DNA of 64,000 nt from Polyangiales bacterium (GCA_038230375.1 JBBRNJ010000008.1:1-64000), one strand, 5' to 3'; shown: positions 54,290-64,000, counted from the first letter of the stretch. A program made the numbers and translations. Notes: a model not told the origin generated them from the sequence alone.

Positions 54290-55861
54290 ATGCCGAACAT
54301 GAGAGAGCTCGTCAAAGACCTCGAGGCGCGCCAGAAGAAGGTGCGCGAGATGGGCGGCCCGGACAAGGTCGAGAAGCAGCACTCCCGCGGCAAGCTGACT
54401 GCACGCGAGCGCTTCGCGAAGTTCTTCGACGACGGCGTCTTCTTCGAGATCGGCCTGCATGGCACGCAGATGGGCATGTCGGCAGGCCCCGGCGGCGACG
54501 ACAAGCCGGCCGCGGACGGCGTGATCACGGGCTTTGGCAAGGTCGACGGCCGCATGGTCTGCGCTGCTGCGTACGACTTCACTGTCAAAGGTGGCAGCAT
54601 CGGTCAGACGGGCGAAGAGAAGGTCACACGCCTTCGCCAGATGGCGCTGCGCGGTCGCTGGCCCATCACGTGGTTCATCGACTCGGGTGGCGCGCGCATC
54701 GATCCCGGCTCTTCACACCCGGACATGCTGTCGCTCTTCGCGGGCTCCGGACATCTGTTCCGCGAGCAGGTCACCATGAGCGGCGTAGTGCCGCAGGTCG
54801 CCGCGATGGTCGGCCCCGGCGCCGCCGGCACCGCGTACATTCCAGGCCTCGCCGACTATGTGCCCATGGTGAAGAACGTTGGCTCGCTCGCGCTCGGCGG
54901 GCCTGCGCTGGTGAAGGCCGTCACGGGTCAGGAGATCGGCGAGCAAGAGCTCGGCGGCTCCAAGGTCCACTCGGAGACCTCCGGTGTCGGCGACGGCGAG
55001 TTCGAGACCGACGAGGCCTGCATCCAGGCCGTGAAGAAGTACCTCTCGTACTTCCCGTCCAACTGCGACGAGCTCCCGCCCGACCTCCCCGTCACCGACC
55101 CGATCGATCGCCGCGAAGAGCTGCTCCTGGATCTACTCCCCGAGACCACGCGCAAGCCGTACGACATGTACAAACTGATCCGCGCAGTCGTCGACCACGG
55201 CGATCTGCTCGACATCAAGCCGCGGTTCGCGAAGAGTGTCATCACCTGCTTCGCGCGGGTCGGCGGGAAATCCGTGGGGATCGTGGCCAATCAGCCGAAC
55301 TGGCTCGGCGGCATCCTGGACGTGGACTCGGCCGACAAGGCCGCCCGCTTCATCCAGGTCTGCGACGCGTTCAACGTGCCGCTCGTGTTCTTCCAGGATG
55401 TGCCGGGCTTCATGGTCGGCTCCAAGGTCGAGCACGCGGGCATCATCCGCCACGGCGCGAAGATGTTGCACGTGATGAGCGCCGCCACCGTGCCCAAGCT
55501 CACCGTCGTGGTGCGCAAGGCGTACGGCGCCGGCTACTACGTGATGTGCGGCCGTGCTTACGAACCCGATCTCATCGTCGGCTGGCCCGGCTCCGAGATC
55601 AGCGTGATGGGCGCCGAGGGCATGGTCGGCATCGCCGCCAAGAAGCTCTTCCCCGGAGGCGACCCTCCGCCCGAGGTGAAGAAGGGCATCGTCGACATGA
55701 TCCAGAAGAACATCGACGTCTACAAGGTCGCGGGCTGGGGCCTCATCGACGAGGTGATCGACCCAAGGGACACCCGCCGAGTCCTTGCGTGGGGTCTGGA
55801 GCTCTCACGCCACAAGAAGGTCGAAAGGCCGGAAAAAAGGCGCGGAATCATCCCGGTCTAG
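54290..55861 (+). CDS. Acyl-CoA carboxylase carboxyltransferase (beta) subunit
   Basis: GKLTARER, DFTVKGGS, DSGGARI, DVPGFMVG, RKAYGAG. Confidence 0.94.
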   Translation: MPNMRELVKDLEARQKKVREMGGPDKVEKQHSRGKLTARERFAKFFDDGVFFEIGLHGTQMGMSAGPGGDDKPAADGVITGFGKVDGRMVCAAAYDFTVKGGSIGQTGEEKVTRLRQMALRGRWPITWFIDSGGARIDPGSSHPDMLSLFAGSGHLFREQVTMSGVVPQVAAMVGPGAAGTAYIPGLADYVPMVKNVGSLALGGPALVKAVTGQEIGEQELGGSKVHSETSGVGDGEFETDEACIQAVKKYLSYFPSNCDELPPDLPVTDPIDRREELLLDLLPETTRKPYDMYKLIRAVVDHGDLLDIKPRFAKSVITCFARVGGKSVGIVANQPNWLGGILDVDSADKAARFIQVCDAFNVPLVFFQDVPGFMVGSKVEHAGIIRHGAKMLHVMSAATVPKLTVVVRKAYGAGYYVMCGRAYEPDLIVGWPGSEISVMGAEGMVGIAAKKLFPGGDPPPEVKKGIVDMIQKNIDVYKVAGWGLIDEVIDPRDTRRVLAWGLELSRHKKVERPEKRRGIIPV

Positions 55862-58707
55862 CCAGCAGCGAGCCGCATACTGGCTCTCGCCGCAGGCGTA
55901 TCCGTGACGATCACCACGGGCCGTCCCTTGTAGGGTCCGGTCTCCGATCTCCGGATCGACAGCTCCATGTTCTCGTGGTGGATGAGCGACGCCACCGCGC
56001 GATCCGACGCCAGTGAAGCTGACAGCACTATCCCTGCGGGCGGCGCATCCAGCAGCAGCGCTGCGCCGCGGTGCAAGGTCTGCCCGAAGTACTCCGCCTT
56101 GTCGCCGCGGGTGAGCGCCACGCACTTGCCCTCGTGACAGGCGATCTGGATCTTGTCTCCCAGCCCCGCGGCCCGCACCGCACGCGCGAGCGAGATGGCC
56201 GCACGAGTCGCCCGCGTCCCCGACGGGAACGCCGCCACGATGAGGTCGAGCGATGCGGGGACCAGCGAGCCCTCTTCCTCTGCGACGGCCTTCTGCACGG
56301 CCTCGTCCAGGCGCGTGAACGCCTCGACCGCGCGCATGTCACCGAGCTCCTGATACATCGCGTCGCGCCCGCTCATGCTGGCGAAAAGGAACGCCATGCG
56401 GCTCACCGAGAGGTGCTGCCCATACGCGAGCAGGTCGCCCGCGAACAGCTCGCGGAAGGTGGGATGGGTCATCGCGGACGACGCGGGCACGCCGTCCTCG
56501 CGCGCGCCCGGAATCTCGAGGCGCATGGTCTGCTCGTACTCCGAGTCGTTCACCAGGGTGAGCGTGACCTGACCAGCGCGCACGATGCTGGGCCGGCCTT
56601 CGACGCGCTCACCGATGATCACGAGCGCGCTCGACTCGTAGCCCGCCGCGCTCGCCGTCAGCTCCCAGCCGGATGCCACCGTGGTTCCCGTCACGCGATA
56701 TGTGCCGCGCGGCACGTCAACCTGCACCGTGCGCATCTCGCCGGGGTAGAGGATCTGCTGGACCAGCACGTGTGGTCGAAGCGCGGGCGCGCCTGCACAG
56801 TAAGTCTCCTTGTGGGTCGGGCGAACGCGGGGGTGCGGGCGGAACACCAGCTCCACCGACTCTGCAAGGTCGCGCTCGTACGAGCTCGCGCATGCCTTGC
56901 AGTGTCCCACGCTCGTCAGGTGCTCGAGCGTGGTGACCGAGTCGTGTGCAAGGAGGCACTTCGGACAGATGGTGTCCCACGACGGCTCGAGCAGACCTGC
57001 GCCGGCTGCGTGCAGGCAGAGGTCGAGCATCTCGTGTCGGTTCTCGTGCCACGCGTCAGCGAGCTCGAATGGACGTATGCGCGCAAGCGCCTGCGCGGGC
57101 GCTGCGAGCAGGTGCTCCGCCAGGCGCACCCCGAGAGCCTCCTTTGCGCCGAGCTCGCGCGTGATGCGCAGGAGCGCCTCCGTGAGGTGGCGGCGATCCT
57201 CGTCCTTCGGTACGTGTGGCGCCTCGAACGGGTCCTCGTCCTTGCCGCTCTGGAGCACCATATCCAGGTGACGGTAGCTGCGGTCGATGCCGCGCGCTGC
57301 CTTCTGGTTGATCTCGAAGAACGCGGCGACCTGTCCAAGGATGCCACGCGGAAGGATCCAGATCTCGTGCGTGAGCAGCGTGCCGCCACCGCTCTCCTCG
57401 GACGCTTGCTCGAGCATGACACGGTTCCACAGCGCAGAGATGGGGCCGCTGCGGTACCAGCGGAATACGCTGTGCTCCTTGTTCTTCACCCACTCGAACG
57501 GAAACTCTTGCCACTCGATCGCCATGCCGAGCGCGCTCATGCGTCCCGTGCGCGCAGTGCCGCCCTCTGCCTTCTCGTCGTCGGTGAAGTCCACGGGCGA
57601 CAGGCCGAACGCGCGGTTCAGGCGGTCCGTGTTGGAGACGTACGGCCAGAGCTTTTCGGGCGGGGTCTTCAACGTCCACTTCCAGATGAAGTGCTTCGTC
57701 GCGTCCTCGCGCTTCGGGCGGTCCGGCGGTGGTGCGGAGCTCTTCGCACGCGGCACCCAGCCGGAGGATCGTGGCGCGACTCCGTCGAGCGAGCGACCTT
57801 CGATCACCGCGGACAGTGCTTCGTGCAGCGCGCGACCGTTGGGGAAGCGCTTCTCCATCTCCTTCTCGAGGCAGCGAAGGATGATCTCCTCGACGTCCGG
57901 ATGGACGTCCGGATTCTTCTTGCGCGGCGGCACGGGCTCTTCCGTTGCGACCGCGAGCAGCAGCTCGTTCACGCTGGGGCGCACGAACGGCCGCTCGCCC
58001 ACCAGGAGCTCGTAGAGCATGACGCCGATCGCGTAGACGTCGGTCTGCGGTCCGACCTTCGCCCCCGTGATCTGCTCGGGCGCCATGTATGGTGGAGAGC
58101 CGGCCATGAGGCCCGCGAAGAGATCCTCACCGGAGCGCGTGTTCACGGCGATGCCGAAGTCGAGCACGCGTGCGCGTCCGCTCGAGTCCACGATCACGTT
58201 CCGGGGCTTGAGATCGCGATGGATGATGCCGTTCGCGTGAGCTGCACCAGCTGCGCGCGCGATGTCCGCCGCGATACCCAGCGCTCGAGGCGGGGTCAGC
58301 GAGCCATCCGCGACGAGCGCGGCGAGGTCTGTGCCCTCCACCAGGTCCATCGCGTAGTAAGGGCGGCCTTCGAGCGTGAAGCCGACGTCGTGCACGCGCA
58401 CGATGCCAGGGTCCTGGATCTTCGCGGCCAGGTGCGCCTCCGACCAGAGCTGCGCGACCTCTTCGTCGCTCGCGCTGGAGCCGTGGACCTTCAGCGCAAC
58501 CGTGCGATCGAAGCGCTGCTCGGTGGCTTGCCACACCACGCCCATGCCGCCGCGTCCAAGGATGCGCGTGAGCTCGTACCCCGCGACGCGCGGCGCCGTC
58601 AGCGAATCGATGGGGGGGATGGGCGCGCTCGGGAGCGGCTGCGCTGACGGACTGGCAACTGTGACCACTTCCTCGGTGGCGCGCGGGAGCTTCTGCGTGT
58701 GATCCAT
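55858..58707 (-). CDS. Ser/Thr kinase fused to SRPBCC-like, zinc-ribbon and degenerate class III nucleotide cyclase domains
   Basis: GRGGMG, HRDLKPRN, DFG, APE; LWPYVSNTDRLN, WQEFPFEW; CPKC...CKAC; EYFGQTLH cyclase remnant. Confidence 0.82.
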   Translation of the reverse strand: MDHTQKLPRATEEVVTVASPSAQPLPSAPIPPIDSLTAPRVAGYELTRILGRGGMGVVWQATEQRFDRTVALKVHGSSASDEEVAQLWSEAHLAAKIQDPGIVRVHDVGFTLEGRPYYAMDLVEGTDLAALVADGSLTPPRALGIAADIARAAGAAHANGIIHRDLKPRNVIVDSSGRARVLDFGIAVNTRSGEDLFAGLMAGSPPYMAPEQITGAKVGPQTDVYAIGVMLYELLVGERPFVRPSVNELLLAVATEEPVPPRKKNPDVHPDVEEIILRCLEKEMEKRFPNGRALHEALSAVIEGRSLDGVAPRSSGWVPRAKSSAPPPDRPKREDATKHFIWKWTLKTPPEKLWPYVSNTDRLNRAFGLSPVDFTDDEKAEGGTARTGRMSALGMAIEWQEFPFEWVKNKEHSVFRWYRSGPISALWNRVMLEQASEESGGGTLLTHEIWILPRGILGQVAAFFEINQKAARGIDRSYRHLDMVLQSGKDEDPFEAPHVPKDEDRRHLTEALLRITRELGAKEALGVRLAEHLLAAPAQALARIRPFELADAWHENRHEMLDLCLHAAGAGLLEPSWDTICPKCLLAHDSVTTLEHLTSVGHCKACASSYERDLAESVELVFRPHPRVRPTHKETYCAGAPALRPHVLVQQILYPGEMRTVQVDVPRGTYRVTGTTVASGWELTASAAGYESSALVIIGERVEGRPSIVRAGQVTLTLVNDSEYEQTMRLEIPGAREDGVPASSAMTHPTFRELFAGDLLAYGQHLSVSRMAFLFASMSGRDAMYQELGDMRAVEAFTRLDEAVQKAVAEEEGSLVPASLDLIVAAFPSGTRATRAAISLARAVRAAGLGDKIQIACHEGKCVALTRGDKAEYFGQTLHRGAALLLDAPPAGIVLSASLASDRAVASLIHHENMELSIRRSETGPYKGRPVVIVTDTPAARASMRLAAG

Positions 58708-58873
58708 CGCCCTCTGGATGGATAGTAGCGCCGTTCCCGGCAACCGTGCCGAGCCAAAGCCACGCCCTCTCCGCCAGGTCTACGCGCCAACACCTACATC
58801 GGTCGCATCAAAAGAAACGGGCACACTCACCGCTCTTGCGAGGGGAGGTGTGCCCGCACGAATTCGCTGGAAT

Positions 58874-60571
58874 TCAGGCGCCGCGGAGGGTCTCGAAGAG
58901 TTCGAGATCGGGGAGCGCTGTGGTGAAGCGGGTGGTCAGCACGCCGACCTCCTGGTCCTCCATGAGCTTGCAGAAGACCGCGCCGTCGTAGAGCGCGACC
59001 GGCGGTGCGTTCTGTGCCTGCGCCTCTTCGCGTGCGCCGGACAGGACCTGACCGGTGGTGATGAGCCAGCCAGCGGTTGCCGGGCCGTAGTGGTGGAGCG
59101 CGCCACGGAGATCGCTCACGCGCTCGCGGCCGATCTCGCGGCCGTCCTTGCGGATGACGATCGCCACCTTGACCTCGTCGGTCTGGGAGCGGTGTGTGCC
59201 GGCGAAGTGGACCTCGCCGCCGGGGGAGCCCGCGCGACGGATGCCGCGGACGTTGGTGAGGCCTGCGCGTTCCAGTGCGACGAGCGCGAGCTCGACGAAC
59301 GCGTGGCCCGGCAGCTCCTGCACCTTGCGGAGCGTGAGGCGACGCGCGGCCTCGCGGTAGCGCTCGAGCGCGGCGTTCGCGTCTTGCTCGAGCCGGACGA
59401 GGTCTCCGGAGAGCAGCCAGTCCGTGAGCGCGACGCGCTGACCCGCAACGAAGCGGAAGCGCGGACGCAGCCCGGTGGTCTGACGACGGAGCCCGTCTGC
59501 GCGCAGCGAAGCAGAGAGCTGCGAGACGGCAGCGGCGAAGTCGCCGCTCATGCGGCCACGACGCATCAGGCCTTCGACGACGGTGCGCATGGGCACCGCG
59601 CCCTGGTTCTTGTCGAGCCCGCTCATCACGACGAGCGCGGCGTCTGCGAGATCACGGCCGGAGAGGTCTTCGACCTCGCCCGCGGGGACCTCGATGCCGG
59701 TGGGCGCACCGCCAGCCATGATCTGCTGACGATCACGAATCATGGGACGCGGCGCAGGCGCGAGCGGATCGCGCGTGCTGTCGATCGCGCTGTCGCTCTC
59801 GACCAGGACGATCGCCTGCGGCTGGATCACGTCGCCGTTGTTCGAATGATTGCGTCCGCCGCGTTCACCGCGTTCGCCGCGCTCAGCGCCCGGGGTGCGC
59901 TCGGGGCTTCCACGGTCGCCCGGTACGCCAGTCGCCGCTCCACCTTCGGTGAAGCCCGGCTCGCCACCACGCCCACGACGACGACGGCGACGACGACGAC
60001 GACGTCCGCCATCCTCGCCAGCCACACCAGTCGCACCCGCGGTACCCGCAGCCGCGCCGGCGACGCTCGGAGAGGACGACGGTCCACCGAGGATCGGCTG
60101 ATCGTCATCATCTTCGTCGTCGAAGAGCTCCGCGCCGCTGGCCGCGAGATCGCGCCGGAGCGCATCCTCACCGGAGACCTCCACGTCGTCCTCGTCGGAG
60201 TCGGCGTCCTCGATGACCACGTCGTTGTTGCGCTGCGCGGCCTCGACCTCGAGCGCGTTCACGTCCGTGCCCTCGCCGTTGTCGTCCGCGCCATCGTCGC
60301 TCTCGGCATCCTTGGCGGCCTTGGCCGCGGCGGCCTTGCCCTTCTTGGTCCAGTTGCTGAGGCCGAAGACGCCCGGCTTGATGCGGACGATCGGGTTCTC
60401 TTTGTCGTCCTTCTTGATGAGCGCGGCGAGGCGCGAGCCCATCGTCACTTCGGGGCTCTTGCCCACGTGCGAGAGGAGGTTCTTCTCGATCGCAAGCTCC
60501 GTTATCTCCTTGTAGTGGAGCGGCTTGCCCGCAATTCGGAGGACTTCTTCCGCGGCTTCGGTGAATGTCAT
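58874..60571 (-). CDS. HARE-HTH protein with acidic and Arg-rich regions and C-terminal Mrr-like restriction endonuclease fold
   Basis: MTFTEAAEEVL...PLHYKEITELA; FVELALVALERAG, IGRERVSDLRGAL, GWLITTG, LYDG. Confidence 0.82.
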   Translation of the reverse strand: MTFTEAAEEVLRIAGKPLHYKEITELAIEKNLLSHVGKSPEVTMGSRLAALIKKDDKENPIVRIKPGVFGLSNWTKKGKAAAAKAAKDAESDDGADDNGEGTDVNALEVEAAQRNNDVVIEDADSDEDDVEVSGEDALRRDLAASGAELFDDEDDDDQPILGGPSSSPSVAGAAAGTAGATGVAGEDGGRRRRRRRRRRGRGGEPGFTEGGAATGVPGDRGSPERTPGAERGERGERGGRNHSNNGDVIQPQAIVLVESDSAIDSTRDPLAPAPRPMIRDRQQIMAGGAPTGIEVPAGEVEDLSGRDLADAALVVMSGLDKNQGAVPMRTVVEGLMRRGRMSGDFAAAVSQLSASLRADGLRRQTTGLRPRFRFVAGQRVALTDWLLSGDLVRLEQDANAALERYREAARRLTLRKVQELPGHAFVELALVALERAGLTNVRGIRRAGSPGGEVHFAGTHRSQTDEVKVAIVIRKDGREIGRERVSDLRGALHHYGPATAGWLITTGQVLSGAREEAQAQNAPPVALYDGAVFCKLMEDQEVGVLTTRFTTALPDLELFETLRGA

Positions 60572-60833
60572 TCTGGTTCTCTCGCCGTTGTTCGGCTGCC
60601 CGTCGGGCTTCTGTGAGGGAGACCTTCCGCAGCGTGCACGATGGAGGCGGTATCGCCTTTTCTCGCCCGCTGATCAGAGAGGTTCTCTTTTTCGTTGTCC
60701 GAGAGACTGAGCCGGTCACTCTGGACCCGCACTCATCCCATCTCGGAATCCGGACATTAGACCGGCCGCCCCCACAGGTCAAACGTCGAAAATCGGGAAC
60801 AGAAAACGCGCGGAAAACAAGCCCGGAACGAGC

Positions 60834-61559
60834 CTAGAACGAGCCTGCTACGCCCAGCACGGGCGTCCGGGAGTTCTGCGCGTCGCGCACGAAGCTCGTG
60901 TTCGGGTGGAGCGTCCAGGTGCTCTGGGGCGGCGGCGCGACCTCTTCGTTCGCGAGCACGGCGATGTCGATCGACGACGCGGAAAGGATCCCCACCATTC
61001 CGCCAGCGTAGCCGCCGAGCACGGCGCCCACGAGCACGCCATAGCCGCTGGTGTCGTTGCTACCGCCGAGGAGCACGGCGCCCGCGACGGCTCCGAGGAA
61101 AGCGAGCCCGGTCGGCAGCGCCGCTCGGAGACCGAAAGAGCCGAGCGCACGCAATCCGCTTCCGTGCACGACATGCACGATCGGACCACCCGCGAGATAG
61201 GCACCACCGCCGATGTAGACGAGCTCTGGCGCCTTCGCGAAGAGCCCGACGTGCGCGAGCACCACGGCGGAGACATCGATCGCGAGGATCGGCAGTCCGT
61301 ACCAGACCTTCACGGGAGGCCGTGGAGGGGAAGGGGGAGGGGGGAAGTCGAGGGCCGAGGGGGGAGTCTGGGTCGAGGTCGAGGTCGAGGTCGAGGTCGA
61401 GGTCGAGGTCGAGGTCGGTGTCGAGGTCGGTGTCGAGGTCGGCGTCGTCGACGGATCAGGCGGAGGTAGCTGCGGCAGTTCGTCTGCGGCTGCGGCGCAT
61501 GGAATCGCGCCGAGCGTCATTGCCACGGCCAACCCAAGTGCGTGCTTCCGGTTCAGCAT
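60834..61559 (-). CDS. Hypothetical exported/membrane protein with TS-rich linker
   Basis: Signal peptide, TS repeats, WYG and GGPIVH, Gly-zipper TM segments, C-terminal GSF. Confidence 0.7.
   Translation of the reverse strand: MLNRKHALGLAVAMTLGAIPCAAAADELPQLPPPDPSTTPTSTPTSTPTSTSTSTSTSTSTSTQTPPSALDFPPPPSPPRPPVKVWYGLPILAIDVSAVVLAHVGLFAKAPELVYIGGGAYLAGGPIVHVVHGSGLRALGSFGLRAALPTGLAFLGAVAGAVLLGGSNDTSGYGVLVGAVLGGYAGGMVGILSASSIDIAVLANEEVAPPPQSTWTLHPNTSFVRDAQNSRTPVLGVAGSF
61371..61441 (-). repeat. Coding GGTCGA hexamer array encoding TS/TP repeats
   Basis: Encodes TPTSTPTSTPTSTSTSTSTSTSTST. Confidence 0.9.
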
Positions 61560-61612
61560 GTCTGCACAGTGTCGCCCGCATGGCGAGTCACTGCAAATGA
61601 CAACGGCTGAAT

Positions 61613-62716
61613 CTAGGGGGCCTTGGGCGCCGGGGGGACGACCGGGATCGCCTGCTGCCCCGTCTGCTGCGGGATCGGGTTCACGGGCGCCGCTTCCCTC
61701 GCCTTTGGCGCGCTCTCCTTCAGTAGCTCTGTCAGGCGCTTCTCGCGCGCGGTCTCGTCCATTCCGCCCGCGAGCTTCGACGCGTCGAAGGTGAGCAGCG
61801 GCAGCTGGCCGCCTGCGTTGTAGGTCGGCAGCTTCCCGTCCCAGTGTTCGAGCGCGCGATACTGCAATACGGCGGGCGAGACCGAGAGGCGGATGATCTC
61901 GTTCGCTTGTGCCTCCGCGCGCGCGCGGATCAGGATCGCGTCGGCGTCGCCTTGCGCCTTTTGACGCGTGGCTTCCGCGCCGCCCGTGGCCTGGGTAACG
62001 GCCTGGTCCGCCTCCGCGCGCACCTGGCGCACGCGGTTCTCGCTCTGGATGGAGTTCTGCGTGGCCTCCATGGCTCGGTTGATCGCGTCGGCGACGTTCT
62101 GAGGCAGGCGCACGGCGCCGTTGATCGTGAGCTGATCGATCACCACGCCATCCTTGCCGAGCTGGTCGCGGACGTGCGTGGTGACGTCCGTGATCATCTT
62201 GCTCTTGCCTGCGCCGTAGATCTCCTGCACAGGCATCTTGGAGGCAACCTCGTTGAAGGACTCGCGGATGACGTTGCGCATGTAGCCGTTTGCCAGGGCC
62301 TGCATGTCGTTCTGGCGGAAGCGCGCGTAGAGCTTCGGCGCGAGCGTGGGCTCGATGTGGAACGAGAGGCCAATGTCCGCGTTGACGTTCACGCCTTCCG
62401 CAGAGGAGAAGGTGATCGACTCGTCAATGGGCTTGCCCTCGTGCGGGCTCGCGGTCCAGACCACGTTCTGCACGCTCGTCGGGAAGATCACGACCTGCTC
62501 GAGCGCGGGGTTGTACGCGAACCAGCCAGTCTTCACCTCCATGTCCTGCACGCCGCGGTCGGAGCCCGCGAGCTTCACGCGGATGCCAACGTGCCCCGCG
62601 TCGATGCGCGTGGTGCATGTGCAGCCAGCAATCCAGATCGCAATGGCGATGACGCCAAGAAGACCGAAGCGCCGTGCAGAACGGCCGATTTTTGCGGTGT
62701 CGAACGACGTTGCCAT
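61613..62716 (-). CDS. SPFH/prohibitin (band 7) family protein
   Basis: RIDAGHVGI, FPTSVQN, AEA-rich coiled coil, WDGKLP. Confidence 0.92.
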   Translation of the reverse strand: MATSFDTAKIGRSARRFGLLGVIAIAIWIAGCTCTTRIDAGHVGIRVKLAGSDRGVQDMEVKTGWFAYNPALEQVVIFPTSVQNVVWTASPHEGKPIDESITFSSAEGVNVNADIGLSFHIEPTLAPKLYARFRQNDMQALANGYMRNVIRESFNEVASKMPVQEIYGAGKSKMITDVTTHVRDQLGKDGVVIDQLTINGAVRLPQNVADAINRAMEATQNSIQSENRVRQVRAEADQAVTQATGGAEATRQKAQGDADAILIRARAEAQANEIIRLSVSPAVLQYRALEHWDGKLPTYNAGGQLPLLTFDASKLAGGMDETAREKRLTELLKESAPKAREAAPVNPIPQQTGQQAIPVVPPAPKAP

Positions 62717-62759
62717 GCGCGCAGCCTAGCGCTTCTGTGCCGCGCGTGTCGGGCTACTG

Positions 62760-63998
62760 CTACCGAGCCGCGCCCAGCCCGCCAGCGTACGGAAGAATCG
62801 TCTTGAGATCGTCGTCGGTGAATCTCAGCTGGAGGCCCAGGAAGTAGTCGCGCTGGTCCGGCAGGAACACGTGGTCCACGCCGCCGAGCAGCCAGAGGCG
62901 CTTGATGAACTCGTAGCCCAGGAACACGCGGTAGCGAGGCTTGATGTACTCGCCGAAGCCGAAGAAGTCGTTCGTGACCTCGAAGCGGTTTGACAGAAGA
63001 TGCAGGTCCATGCCGATGCCGCCGGTGGACTCCTTGATGCCGAAGCGGCCGGTGAACGGACCAAGCTTGCGCGCGAACTGGAGTGTGAAGCGGAACGCGT
63101 CCTGCGTGGTCGTGGTGACCGTGCGGTAGTGCGATGGCTCGTTCGGGTTCGTGGTGTCGACGTCGGTCTGGGTGTAGCTGGTGCGGCCGCGCGGGTCGTC
63201 GATGAGCTCGATGATGTAGTACTTGTCCTCGCGCGGCTGCAGGCGGATGGAGACGTAGCTCTTGATGGTGCTCGCGAGAAAGTTGTAGTCCGAGCGGAGG
63301 CCAACCACGGTCTGGAGCCGCGTGAGGCGATCGACATAGTCGTTCACGCCCTCCGCGACGCCCTGCACCTCGTTGATGAGCGCGTCGTCCTTGACCAGCC
63401 TGCCGATGGTGCCTTCACCTTTGTCAATGCGCTCGGAGATGTGATCCGCGTGCTCGAGCGTGTTTTCCAGGCTCTTTGACGCGCGGTTCACGCGCTCGAT
63501 GGTGGACTGGAGCTCGCCAACGCCGCCATCCACGCCCGGCGCGTCCTGGCGCGCCATCAAGGCCCGCACGTCCTCCGTGACCACGCGGACGTTCTGAAGG
63601 ATCTGCTGGACCTCGGGTCCGCCCTGCGACGTGATCTTGTCGATGTTCGCGAGCGTGTCGTGGATCGCGATGCGGTTCTCCTTCACCATCAGGTTGATGG
63701 ACTCCGTCGCTTCGCTCACGTTCTTCAGGATCGCCTGCATCTGCTTCCGACCTTCGTCGGAGCCGAGGGTGGCGGCGATCTGCGTGGCGACCTTCTCGAT
63801 GAGATCCGCGATACGTCCGAGCTGGTCTTTGAGCGAGTCGAAGCTACGCGCGGAGGGCACCGTCTCGATGAGGTCGCCATCGGCCTTGTCCGGGTCGCCG
63901 AGCCCCGGTGTGACGAAGATGATGTTCTCACCAAGCAACGATGCGCTCTTGATCCCGGCCATCGCGGTCTTGTGGAGCTTCACGTTCTGGTCGATCGC
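62760..63998 (-). CDS. MlaD/MCE family protein (5' end outside the window)
   Basis: SASLLGENII..TPG, coiled coil, GEGTIGRLVKDD, C-terminal beta-rich region. Confidence 0.85.
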   Translation of the reverse strand, partial: AIDQNVKLHKTAMAGIKSASLLGENIIFVTPGLGDPDKADGDLIETVPSARSFDSLKDQLGRIADLIEKVATQIAATLGSDEGRKQMQAILKNVSEATESINLMVKENRIAIHDTLANIDKITSQGGPEVQQILQNVRVVTEDVRALMARQDAPGVDGGVGELQSTIERVNRASKSLENTLEHADHISERIDKGEGTIGRLVKDDALINEVQGVAEGVNDYVDRLTRLQTVVGLRSDYNFLASTIKSYVSIRLQPREDKYYIIELIDDPRGRTSYTQTDVDTTNPNEPSHYRTVTTTTQDAFRFTLQFARKLGPFTGRFGIKESTGGIGMDLHLLSNRFEVTNDFFGFGEYIKPRYRVFLGYEFIKRLWLLGGVDHVFLPDQRDYFLGLQLRFTDDDLKTILPYAGGLGAAR

Positions 63999-64000
63999 GA

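Noticed and set aside
1..64000. tRNA, rRNA, IS elements, prophage
   Set aside because: No cloverleaf, rRNA-like tract, transposase, integrase or phage structural gene was recognised by eye; a covariance-model scan was not possible.

Overview
High-GC chromosomal window that looks myxobacterial, probably Polyangiales/Sorangiineae. That call is inferred from the many Cys/Gly-rich lipoproteins with DAG/DGG linkers, eukaryote-like Ser/Thr kinases and FHA proteins. The backbone is housekeeping: sucD (3' end), ndk, dapD-dapE, radA, alaS, purF, HMG-CoA lyase, cyclophilin, def, ribD, nrdR, rpiB, fabF-acpP-fabG-fabD, rpmF-yceD, an SPFH protein and a partial MlaD. I saw no rRNA, tRNA, CRISPR array or transposase. 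The best candidate for a new system is a translationally coupled three-gene operon between sucD and ndk (313-2868): a 96-aa lipoprotein-like peptide with two copies of an 18-aa ALAQQGFD repeat, a ferritin-like di-iron enzyme, and an AMMECR1 plus helical-domain fusion. It resembles a RiPP or peptide-modification system. Other unusual items: a FabY/FAS-I-like ketosynthase in the usual plsX-fabH position; a beta-propeller/hexaheme cytochrome lipoprotein divergently paired with a large unknown lipoprotein; a MarR-BKACE-crotonase-carboxyltransferase operon with a visible promoter and operator; and several proteins with catalytically degenerate domains (GGDEF, cyclase, TadA ATPase, Mrr). All calls come from reading motifs by eye; no database searches were run.
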